From positions 2,294,001 to 2,358,000 of the forward strand of contig NW_025964354.1 of NCBI RefSeq assembly GCF_023055435.1: a stretch of DNA of 64,000 nucleotides. Direction: 5' to 3'. Positions 1-10,941 of this stretch are shown in pieces (position 1 is the stretch's first letter; each line of letters begins with the position of its first letter). The stretch comes from Haliotis rufescens (taxonomy: Eukaryota). A program made the position numbers and the translations under genes. The notes beneath the pieces were generated by a model. The model was given only the letters and a program-made list of their open reading frames with translations. It was not told where the DNA came from and searched no databases.

Positions 1-139
1 ACTCCCCAAATTACAATTGTTTACAATGAATATTTATAGAACAGAATCATACAAATTGCGTTACAATAGATGAGTGTACATCACAATGTCACATGATATA
101 TGAATCCATTTAAAAATGATCATATCTTCTGTAAGAAAA

Positions 140-210
140 TCACTGGCGATTATTTATTTGATTCAGACTGAAGCTGTCGGTGTCAGTGATGTCTGGCTTT
201 TCTAGCTTTC
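140..210 (-). CDS. G1 putative terminal exon (truncated start of a 4th Ig domain, then TGA)
   Basis: Acceptor ...aaccccag|GA AAG in phase 1. RKLEKPDITD resembles RKPGKTNITA at the start of the G2 domain-4 exon. Stop at 140-142. Confidence 0.55.
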
Positions 211-3200
211 CTGGGGTTACAATGTGACGCTTGTCCATGAGAACTGGTTTATATCAGATTATTGTACTTCCCACTCTTTATATATGCTTGCTTTTGTAGA
301 ATACAAAGTATAATACAAGTAGTGCTATAATAATGGAGTAATACATGTTTTAATCTATGACGCTGCTTGATATATTTCAAGACATAAGGTGCCCCCAAAA
401 GGACAAAACATTTTTCCTGCCCGATCAACAGCACCCACCTCACGAACAATTTGCACAGTGAAGTAAGGGTTTGTTTTTGACCTCACGCCATAGACAGCAA
501 GACTCCTGCCATACGACGGAGGTCTGTGAACAATGGAGTCTGGTCTGAGCTACTTACGTGAGACAATCAGCTTATGTCCACACTGAGGTACACGGCGATA
601 TCCGCTGACACAGAAGTATTTGCCAGCGTCAGCTGCTGTAACATTATGAAGCAACAAACGTGCAATGACAAATTCAGATGAAGGACTAACTCCCTTGATC
701 TGTAGTCGTGAGGTATAGGTATGCCCAACATTCCATTTATCAGATAGCTTCCACATAAAATGTGGACCAGAGGGCGACGTGATGTAGGACCCGCTCTCCA
801 GTGAGGGCATCTTCCACGTCATCATGGCATCCTCTCCTCCAGGCACCACAGTGTAGTTCTTGTTATCATCAGACCAATCTGTAAAATAGATTTTTTTCGT
901 TTAGTATTTACGTATTGTCGTCAGCACATGACACTACTGTCTCTGATCAGACAGGAATTATTGAAAATACTAAGCTCAGATGGAAATCATGATACACACG
1001 TCCCGTTGAACACTTTTAGGTGAAAGCCCCCCTTCCAGCACCTAACTGGTTCACACTCATGTTTATGAGCATGCAACTCACCACCAACAATCAACTCGAC
1101 CAGTGTATATTGACATTGACGGTGATCTTGCGTTGGACGCGTCATTATTAATCCTTTGAGGTATAACTGAAGTAAAAATCATGTCTAATTGACGTGTTTG
1201 TTCAAACCACTCACATATTAGTGCAATATCCACACTCCACTCAGACTGTATCTCCCCCACTCCAGCCTGACACTTGTATCTGTCGTTCTCCCGCCAACTA
1301 TCACGAATGGTCAAGGTGCTGGTGTGGTTTATCTGTCTCCCATCATACACAGAGCTCCACGTCTCAGATGACGCCATGTGATTTCTCTCCCCACTATACA
1401 GCCTGATATTGTTTTCTCTCCATGTGACTGACACAGTTGGGACGCTATCCGGATAGATCCGTAGTCTACAGTTGCATGTCAGGTTCACGGTTCTGTTATG
1501 TTCCCTTTCAAGATGTATGTAGGGGTGATGAAAATCTAAAATGCAAAGCATCAATTCTAGACAATTGACACTGGGAATCAAAAAGCAAACTACACACTAA
1601 TGCTGTCTTCTCTTGATTATAGAATACACTCAATTAAAGACGTACGCGATTCTGATTGGTCTTTCAGAGGTTTGAAACCACAATGACCAACAGTTTTAAG
1701 GAGCTGATTTGACAGCCAGATCCCCGCTGAGTTGATATTTACAGAAACAGGATATACATTGTGCTTACTGCAGTATCCAATTTATGTGTGGCAATACATT
1801 TTGAGCAGAAAACGTGTATTTAGACTTTTCTGGACAACACAGAGCTTGGAATCTGGCCATTTTCTACTTCCCACTTTTACCTTTCCACCAAGATATACTT
1901 TGTCACTACCACATCAAGCTGACACACCGTCATATAACTGGACTACCGTTCAAATAACTAAACACTCTCTATTTATCACAGTGAATGGTGTGACGTAATT
2001 ATAGTCACTTAGAACTAATAGAACCAATACATGAAAGTCTTTCTGATCTATAAGTATAATGATGTAATAGCATCAGTATTGTAGCACATGCATGCTGTTT
2101 TATACAACCCATATAAATCATTGGACTCAACCCACAATACCTCACTCGATATATTCGCTAACACCAAACAGTAGGTGTTTAGTATGGTCATGGAAAATGG
2201 AGATTAACAATCTGATATTTTGATAAGATGTAACTACACCAAGAATAGGGAATTGAAACATTTGCCAAACCTGCGAGATCGGGTCAACATAAACATTTGC
2301 GCGGTTATATCTACAGGCTACCTGGTTCGGGTTCAGACCAATGGTCAATGAATAGGGCACAACTCAGAGACGCATTTCAGCTTAACGAAATATGCCACAC
2401 TGACATTTGTGACAATCTCATCATGGACACAAAACTGCTTGTCGTACTGGCATATGTGGTTCCGCTACAAGAGAAAAATATCTTAAACGTCACAAGCATC
2501 CTCTCCATTCACATAGTTTTGAACAAACATGTGTCTCATTTATTGCGATGGTGTTAGCGGTTGTGAAGGAGAGGGGTACAATAATTAAACAATATTGTGA
2601 AACAAATTCTTACCCATAACTTAAAGTGTCTGTCCACAGTTTGGCATCCTGATTCTTCTATAGGGGAGATATGATCACATAAGACACTCTTCCGCGAGTA
2701 CTCACCTATAACATCATGGCATGTCAGCTTAATGTTGGAGGAGAGTCAGAAGTTACGTTTACCATCTTGTCGAAACCTAGAAGCATGTTTACGGTGTGCC
2801 CGAACCAAGGATCACACACAGAACGAATTTTGGAGTCGAAACATACAGTCATTAAGCTCACATGGACATTCGATAATACATCAGAACCCTGCAGGTACTT
2901 ACCTATAACATAAAGTGTTTGTCCACAGTTTGGCATCCTTGTTCTTCTATACGGCGGACGTGTCGGGTCCAGGTGACAGCTGTACTGGCCAGCGTCAGAG
3001 GGGGTCACGTTATACAGTTGGAAACTGAAGGTTCCACGTGTGTAGGACAATGAGTCGCTATTAATCCTTGTCCTCAGTTCCTCATCAGCAAGTGTTACTT
3101 TATTGCTGCCAGTTATCTGAAACACTATCCTGTATTCCTTCATCACCTTGAACTCCTTGATGGGAGACATGGCCCACGTCACAGTCACAGGTCCTCCAAG

Positions 3201-4515
3201 GCGAGCATAGACGCCTGCAGCAGCTGAACAATACAACACGGATTTCATGAAGTTGTGGAAGTATGAGTGAGTGAGTGAGCATAGTTTTGGCCGCTTTTAG
3301 CAAATATCACGGCGGGGCACACCAGAAACGGGCTTCTCTAATTGTACCCATGTCGGGAACCGAACTCGGGCCTTCGGCGTGACGAACGAACACTTTAACC
3401 ACTAGCCTACCCGACCGCCCCTTTGGAGGTATGGACCAAGAACACAGTTAAACCTTATAATTTCAATATAAAAGGATGTAAGACCACGTCTTTCAAAGTA
3501 TATTTATTTCTTCCACTTTTTTAATCGTAGCATATATGTTATTTTAATGTTTGGCGAAATTATGTCAGTCGTCGCTAACAACTGGAGGGATGATGTAAAT
3601 CCGACTGAAGTCCATGCAGGTAGCAAAAGTACTGTAAGTCCCCATGATCCCCAGCGCGGTGATCGACTTTCAGTTGGTGGCGATCTATAGCCCGTTTTTA
3701 TAATGTGTTGTCGAATGATTAAGTTAGTTATCTATTTTAACATATTCTCAAACTAGTTTTACGAATATCTGTGATATGCTAGTTTTTATACTGCCCTTCG
3801 TCGGCAGAATTTTATACAGCTAAAATTATATTGTTGATGTCAAATTTTGTTTCGTCACGATATGGCTGAAAAATATTGCCGATGTGACGTTAAATCTTAA
3901 TTCACTCACTCACTCAATATAAAAGGCCAATTTTGTATAACTTTTCTGACGAAACATCCAAATACATGTGTCAAGACAATCATTCTTACAACCCTTGTAA
4001 ATCCATGGATTTACCGACTCTTACTGAATGACCTCTGCAGCAGTAACCACCAAGAAAACACCTGTTTCGCGAGATACGCGAGATTGTTTGAACTCACGTG
4101 TTGAGGTTTTATAGTAACAAGTATTTCGATACAAAATGCCAATTCTCTGTCGCTTTTCTAACGAATTGCTTACCCTTTTCGAAAAGGCCTGTTGCCATCA
4201 TAGACATACATCTCAAATACATATATGGCGGAAGCGATGTAAGTAATATTATTTTAAATTTGCTTACTTGTTGCTCCAATGTGGCTGTAATTCAAAAGAC
4301 AATACACGACCCAAGAATAAGGAAAGCAGCTCCACACACGTTGCATTGTGTCAATGCGCTGCCAGACTATTTCACACTGATTTGATGAAAGTTGTTTTTA
4401 GAGTGCAGATCGAGGAAGACGTGTATGTGAACGATAAAAAACACTGTTTCCGTGTACGTTGTTCTTGTTTCATTTACCTCAAGATGATTAACGCTATATT
4501 TGAAATATGAAACAT
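140..4515 (-). CDS. G1: IgSF gene, V*-C-V* plus short terminal exon, probably secreted (~372 aa). Exons: 4478-4515?, 4015-4061?, 2903-3223, 1215-1535, 558-878, 140-210
   Basis: Three 321-bp phase-1/phase-1 Ig exons with canonical AG/GT. The terminal exon after 'ccccag' reads RKLEKPDITDTDSFSLNQINNRQ*. The leader exons are tentative. The full model totals 1119 nt and is in frame. Confidence 0.7.
558..878 (-). CDS. G1 exon: atypical V-type Ig domain 3
   Basis: tttacag|...|gtaagt, 321 bp. WSDDNKNYTVVPGGEDAMMTWKMP...LLLHNVTAADAGKYFCVSGYRRVPQCGHKLIVS (DxGxYxC motif). Confidence 0.9.
1215..1535 (-). CDS. G1 exon: C/I-type Ig domain 2
   Basis: ttttag|...|gtgagt, 321 bp. VNLTCNC...VTWREN...TSTLTIRD...DRYKCQAG shows the canonical C-W-C triad. 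Confidence 0.9.
2609..2714 (-). pseudogene. Two duplicated fragments of the V*1 exon 3' end (G strand + splice donor) in the G1 intron
   Basis: 2609-2666 reads PYRRIRMPNCGQTL*VM|gtaag. 2696-2714 is atgttatag|gtgagtac, matching the G2 V*1 exon end near 17101-17116. Confidence 0.7.
2903..3223 (-). CDS. G1 exon: atypical V-type Ig domain 1
   Basis: ttcag|...|gtaagt, 321 bp. VYARLGGPVTVTWAM...FQLYNVTPSDAGQYSCHLDPTRPPYRRTRMPNCGQTLYVI. Confidence 0.9.
3264..3421 (-). mobile_element. SINE family A
   Basis: Reverse-complement match to 28366-28533. Confidence 0.75.
4015..4515 (-). CDS. G1 tentative two-exon leader (4478-4515 + 4015-4061): MFHISNIALIILRCFLGGYCCRGHSVRV
   Basis: ATG...AG|gtaaat (phase 2), then aaacag|47 bp|gtaaat (phase 1), joining the V exon in frame. 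Hydrophobic core present, but not homologous to the G2-G4 leaders. Confidence 0.35.
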
Positions 4516-4699
4516 ACACACAATAAAAATTGCTTCCTGGTGATTCACCTCCGTTAGTAAGTAAGTAAGAAAGCAAGCAAGCAAGCCAGCCAGCCAGCAC
4601 CCAAGCAAGCAAGTAATCACTTAGACATTTTGGGTGTATCAAAATTTATATTGGCGAGAAAAAAAGTCAAAACATAAATTTTATAACATCAATATCCAA

Positions 4700-4968
4700 T
4701 ACAGTAAACTACGGTTATAACGAACTGAAAGGGACCACTAAATGTAGTTCGTAATAACCGTAGTTCGTTACAAGCATATATACAACAAATGTACAACAAA
4801 TGACCGGGACTAAACAATAACTTCGTAACATCGGTCAGTTCGTTATAAGCGTGTTCGTTACAAGCATATATACAACATATGTACAACACATGACCGGGAC
4901 TTAACAATAACTTCGTAACATCGGTCAGTTCGTTATAAGCGTGGTCGTTACAAACGTAGTTTACTGTA
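4700..4968. mobile_element. MITE-like element with TIRs and an internal 89-bp tandem duplication (related remnant ~20068-20225)
   Basis: Ends tacagtaaactacg / cgtagtttactgta. Repeated gttataa(c/g) motifs. Confidence 0.65.
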
Positions 4969-5032
4969 TATGAAAATATGTGCAATGTGCTGTGTGTGCA
5001 AAATAACAATTTCGTAGCTGTAGTAGTAGAAG

Positions 5033-5190
5033 CGGTGGGGTAATCTACTGGCTAAAAGATTCAGTCGTCAAACTAAAGAGCAGGGTTCTATTCCCCACAC
5101 GGGTACAATGTGTGAATCCACTTTCTGTGTCGCTTGTCGTGATATTGCTGTGACATTCCTTAAAGTGGCGTAAAACCATACTCGCTCATT
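5033..5190 (+). mobile_element. SINE family A (diverged)
   Basis: Similarity to 28366-28533. Confidence 0.6.
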
Positions 5191-6276
5191 GAATCTGCTT
5201 TGCCATTGATAGTTTATCGAAGGGGGTGACTATCCACTAAACACTAAATGACTAGATAAATACATGATCTGTTGAAAACTGATAATGCATACATCAGCAG
5301 AATCAGACACATTGAAACGCAACTGTTTAATTACAGTATAAGATAGGATTATTGGAATCCTTTGGTAGCTATTATTGTTTCTTTTTAACAGACTTGAACA
5401 TATCGTAATGTTGGCATCACATTCCTTGTCATCAAAAATATTTTTTTCCTAATTTGGAAAAAGTCCTGTTGTCGAGCATTTCGTGTTTTCTGAACTGATA
5501 TGATCTACAGTTTCCCGAATATGGCCTGAACAACAATTTGGCCTGAACCTCCGAAGATATGTAACTATATCAAAGGAAGAGGTGACCATATGCATGGTTT
5601 TAGGAACATATATATTTTGCTTATGAGAAATAAATGCATCATGTAAGTTCAAGTGTATATTTACAAGCATGCATATTATCCTTGGGTGTGACTGTGATCA
5701 TATATACCCACGTATTATACATATTCAATGAAATATGTGTTAACAGTTACATAAGTGTCAATGATATCGGTTGGGGAATTACTGAAGATATCTCTGTGAA
5801 ACGTACTTTTATGTTTCCTTTACAGACACTCGACGAACTCTCAACGTTGTTAACCTGTCGTTATGGGGCAAAGACATTCATGATTTGTTACTGGTGACAC
5901 GATGACACGGAACACAGTGTCAAACTGACTACTTCCGTAAAAGCCAACAATCATTTATGACGGAAACAGAAAGGTCGATGTTACACGTCAGTTGATATAA
6001 CGTCAGCCAATATGTGTCTTATAATGATGACCTCACTGTATGGGAGATGGAGGTTTGGCCGGAGAACAAACATTTATCGAACACGGAGGTGTTTCGTCGT
6101 TATTATATTCTGACATGGTGGCACATTTACAAAGTGTGGACTGTACGAACAGGGGATTGGCTTTTGACTGCTCTAGGTGGTGTGCATGTACATGAGGAAG
6201 TTGCGTAGTGCAAGCGCTACTTTCGGTTTGAAAATACTGTCACTGGCATAAAGTATTAGGTAACAGCAAGTCGTGT

Positions 6277-7170
6277 GAACACGCACACACGTATTTAACA
6301 TGTAAATACGTACTTTCTCCCACACACAAACACGCACACACACGCGCATATACACATGTTCACACACACATACACATACACGCGCACACGCACACGCATA
6401 CACGCACACACGCACACACACATGATCCCATACGCACATACACATACACGCACACTTACATATACACACACACGCACACATACATGGACACGCATACACG
6501 CACACTTATACACACGTACACACGCATACACACACGAACACACATACGCAGACACACGCACGAACACAAACACACACGCACGCAAACATACACACACACG
6601 CATGCACACAAGCACATACAAATACATACACGCACGCTCACATACACACACGCGCACAGTGCGCACACGCACGAACACACATACACAGACACACGCACAC
6701 ATACACGCACACACACATACACACACGCACACACACGTACACACGCATACACAGATGCGCACACCCACACACTCACATACACATACACGCACGCACACAT
6801 ACACGCATACACACACATTCACTAGAGCGATAAATATACACACATACGCACGTACACATACGCGCACACACACATTCACGTACGCACACATACACACGCA
6901 TACACGCACACATACAAACACACACGCANNNNNNNNNNNNNNNNNNNNNNNNNNNNNNNNNNNNNNNNNNNNNNNNNNNNNNNNNNNNNNNNNNNNNNNN
7001 NNNNNNNNNNNNNNNNNNNNNNNNNNNNNNNNNNNNNNNNNNNNNNNNNNNNNNNNNNNNNNNNNNNNNNNNNNNNNNNNNNNNNNNNNNNNNNNNNNNN
7101 NNNNNNNNNNNNNNNNNNNNNNNNNNNNNNNNNNNNNNNNNNNNNNNNNNNNNTATGCACGTACACATAG
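6277..7170. repeat. Degenerate (CA/CG/TA)n microsatellite spanning an assembly gap (N 6929-7153)
   Basis: Seen directly. Confidence 0.95.
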
Positions 7171-8337
7171 ATAGATAGGTCTGAATGTGCTATGCCTTGT
7201 CCAGTGTCACGATAACAGCCGGATCGTCGCACATGACGACCACCAGATTCCCTGTCAAAACCTCCTCGGAACTTAGCTTATTATGTCTTCTTACTACGAA
7301 TACAGCAACTGTATTAGTGAAATAGAAAACACAACAACTCGCCTGTAACATTTGAGTTGTTTTCCTTGTTCACTTATGTTGAAAGGTTCATACAACGTCA
7401 GCTTACGAAACGACGTCCTGTGTGTAACACGATTGCATTCAACTCCGGAAAGTATGTTTGTGATTTTACATACACCTAAAGATTACTACATTGCAATGAA
7501 CAGACCAAACGAAAGAATATACGGAAATTATTTAATCGGTGCCGGAAAATAATCACATGTCAATATAAATAGTTCAGAAACACTATACGTGGCACAACAA
7601 AACAACCTGCTTATAGACGTTAGTGATGAATAATATTTATTAAATCCTCGTAAATACTATAGCTAGCAACTGTGTAATACAGTTTCTCAAGTCACAACTT
7701 TGTCTCAGACGCATCTGAAATAACCTACTGCATGGACATACAAAAATACTGAAAAGGATTTCGTCAACTACACACAGAGTATTCAATCAGTATGTACATG
7801 GACATGTACACGGATATGTTCAGGAAAATAGCACAAGCACTTTATGTGGGGAGATTATAATGAACCAACTGGGCTTTGCGCCAGACAATATCTCCCAGTT
7901 CTATCTCAGTGGCCAGCAAATATCCATGCATGAACATGAACAACGTCTACGCCGAAACGCGGTCAAGCATCATAACTAAAACATATCGTTGCCTGGTTAA
8001 ACAGGTTAAAACGGTAACTATCCAAAGACGAAGATGCGGTGTGGGACATGATCTGACACGAAATCTACATGGCGTCAACGACAAGGCTAAGTTAAATATG
8101 AATGCATAGGTAGACTTTATTGTGATGGTTAACTCAACAAGCAGGAATCAGTGAGAAGCTACACAATAACTAAATGTGCTGCATTATTCATGTCTGTGCA
8201 TGCTATAACATCAGTTCACAATATTGTATGTATTTTATATATTTTATGTAGGATTTCCCATGACAAAAAACTTATTTCTTTGGTAAACAACAACTAAAAC
8301 AATACAACGTTTAATAAGAATTGTGTTCAATACACAT

Positions 8338-8770
8338 TATTTTTACGGTGCATAAATAGAGAATCTTACAGTGTATTTTGATATCAAATATATCAACAGG
8401 AGTTGATTAAAGAGGCAAATATTCCTCGGCAAGCCTCGAATTTTTCCACTTTTATCAACTCCTATTTTACGGTGCATAAATAGAGAATCTCACAGTGTAT
8501 TTTGATATCAAATATATCAAAAGGAGTTGATAAAAGTGGAAAAAATCGAGGCTTGCCGAGGAATATTTGCCACTTTAATCAATGAGTGTTGATATATTTG
8601 ATATCAAAAGTCACGAGGGTGAGATTTTATTTATCATCCAACATCATTCTTCAGTTTGTAGACCGTAATCAGCAGTGTCTTAAGTGTAAAAAGAGCTGCT
8701 AAGAGCTTCAATAGCAGAGCCATTAGTGATGTCATTTAATTGTGACGTCATGGTAAGCAATGACGTCAAA
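8338..8770. repeat. Rearranged hairpin/MITE-like element: A-B-A-B'(inverted)-A'
   Basis: Direct repeat 8338-8398/8463-8522. Segment 8399-8461 is the reverse complement of 8523-8583 (core cgaggcttgccgag). Confidence 0.75.
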
Positions 8771-9114
8771 ATGGTCTGCAAAGCATTGTGATGGAATTTC
8801 ATTGCAGCGATATATGCTATGAAGATATCGCTTGATCTCACCCTAGCAATATCTCATACTCTAAAATATAACATATTATTCACAATGGCTTTGCCTTAAA
8901 CATAATTACAATATATATCAACTATGTACAGGTTTGTATTAAGTTCCCACTGTGACCAATACAGAAGCAATACAACAACAACATCGCTGGCTGACACGGA
9001 AGCAATCTGTCATCTATCTAAGGTATGCACAAGGTTAACACTGTTGAATATATACGATATGAAATTCAATGAATCTGAAATACAGAACACTTTAAACAGA
9101 GTACACAGAACTGT

Positions 9115-10048
9115 GCCTAGTTAGGGGATATGTAGGGGTGATGGGTGGCGTCCCTCATCCTTGTGAAGAGTTGTCTTGTTAGGGAATATGTAGGGGTGAT
9201 GGGTGGCGTGCCTCATCCTTGTGAAGAGTTGTCTGGTTAGGGGATATGTAGGGGTGATGGGTGGCGTGCCTCATCCTTGTGACGAGTTGTCTTGTTAGGG
9301 AATATGTAGGGTTGACGGGTGGCGTGCCTCATCCTTGTGACGAGTTGTCTTGTTAGGGAATATGTAGGGTTGACGGGTGGCGTGCCTCATCCTTGTGACG
9401 AGTTGTCTTGTTAGGGATATGTAGGGGTGATGGGTGGCGTGCCTCATCCTTGTGAAGGGTTGTCTAGTTAGGGGATATGTAGGGGTGATGGGTGGCGTGC
9501 CTCATCCTTATGAAGAAGTGTCTAGTGAGGGGATATGTAGGGGTGATGGGTGGCGTGCCTCATCCTTGTGAAGGGTTGTCTTGTTAGGGAATATGTAGGG
9601 TTGACGGGTGGCGTGCCTCATCCTTGTGACGAGTTGTCTTGTTAGGGAATATGTAGGGTTGACGGGTGGCGTGCCTCATCCTTGTGACGAGTTGTCTTGT
9701 TAGGGAATATGAAGGGGTGATGGGTGGCGTGCCTCATCCTTGTGAAGAGTTGTCTAGTTTGGGGATATGTAGAGGTGATAGGGGGCGTGCCTCATCCTTG
9801 TGAAGTGTTGTCTAGTTAGGGGATAGGTAGAGGTAATAGGGGGCTTGCCTAATCCTTGTGAAGGTTTGTCTAGTTAGGGGATATGTAGGGGTGACGAGTG
9901 GCGTGCCTCATTATTGTGAAGGGTTGTCTAGTTAGGGGATATGTAGAGGTGATAGGGGGCGTGCCTCATCCTTGTGAAGGGTTGTCTAGTTAGAGGATAT
10001 GTAGGGGTGATGGGTGGCGAGCCTCATCCTTGTGACGAGTTGTCTTGG
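9115..10048. repeat. 58-bp G-rich minisatellite, ~16 copies, just 3' of G2
   Basis: Unit ttaggggatatgtaggggtgatgggtggcgtgcctcatccttgtgaagagttgtctag. Confidence 0.95.
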
Positions 10049-10271
10049 AGCGTTAAAATAAACATATGCTCTCTCTTCAGGAAATGTCCCAGACTCCCTT
10101 CCCCCAGATTGGACACGTGGTCAGTTACTTCGGCGCACAGGAACACAACAGATGACTCTGTATATATAGGCTCACGGAGGAGAACGGGTATGTTAGACGA
10201 TGTACGTGTTGCATCCACAGATAAAGGTAGATGACAAGTTAGCTGAGCTAATTCAGAAAGATGCGGTCGAG

Positions 10272-10941
10272 TTATAACACAGTTATGTCATCGCATTGAC
10301 CTGGCATGATCAAGCATTCCGTTTCATCAACTGTGTTTCCATTTTCATTGAGGGAAAGCTGCATAATGTGTTCTTTACTGTCCAGTTGTGTCGCCATAAT
10401 ATCACTGTTCTCTGATGATACTGTCCCCACCAACTCCTGGTATGCCTCAATAGTATCTCTTTTGATACCACTATCAGTATTGCGTTGTCTCTCTTCTCTT
10501 TGTTGGATAATGGACATTGTTTCAGCAATGATATTGTCCAAGTTAGATATGATTCTCAACACTGTGTCGGGATGAGAATCTATAGGAGAGCTTACTGACT
10601 GAGCTTCAGTTGAACTGATACCACCATGTACTGTCATACCTTGTTCCCCAAATGACACATTTCCATCCACTTCAGGGATTTCGTTTCGCATTTGTCTCCT
10701 CTTCTCTCCAATCCCAGATTCTGAAGTAGTTTCTGGGTCAGTACAGTCCAAATTCCCTAGGTCTGGTGCCTTGGTTGCTTGATGTTTCAAACTCTGGGAT
10801 GTCGATCTGACCGCTTGATCTACCTTCTGTCCTGCAGCTGACCCCGCTTGTGGCATATTGGCCTCAACAAACTCAGCATAGGTTATGCTTTGGAATGACA
10901 TACCTATATTGTCAGAGGGCGTGATAGGCGACTTGCAAAAC
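10272..10941 (-). CDS. G2 cytoplasmic-tail exon (~223 aa, acidic/Ser-Thr rich)
   Basis: ccacag|G TTT TGC, continuing into ORF 10272..10901. Confidence 0.8.

Noticed and set aside
454-480. CACAGTG heptamer followed by GGTTTGTTTTTG near a V exon, as a recombination signal
   Set aside because: The nonamer-like sequence has the wrong orientation and spacing. The heptamer is absent at the paralogous G2 site, and the V exons are already complete with their G strand.
6173-7232. His/Thr- and Cys/Val-rich ORFs
   Set aside because: Translations of a CA-type microsatellite and an N gap.
10024-10218. ORF downstream of the G2 stop as a tail extension
   Set aside because: It is in a different frame from the tail and runs into the minisatellite. 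No support without transcripts.
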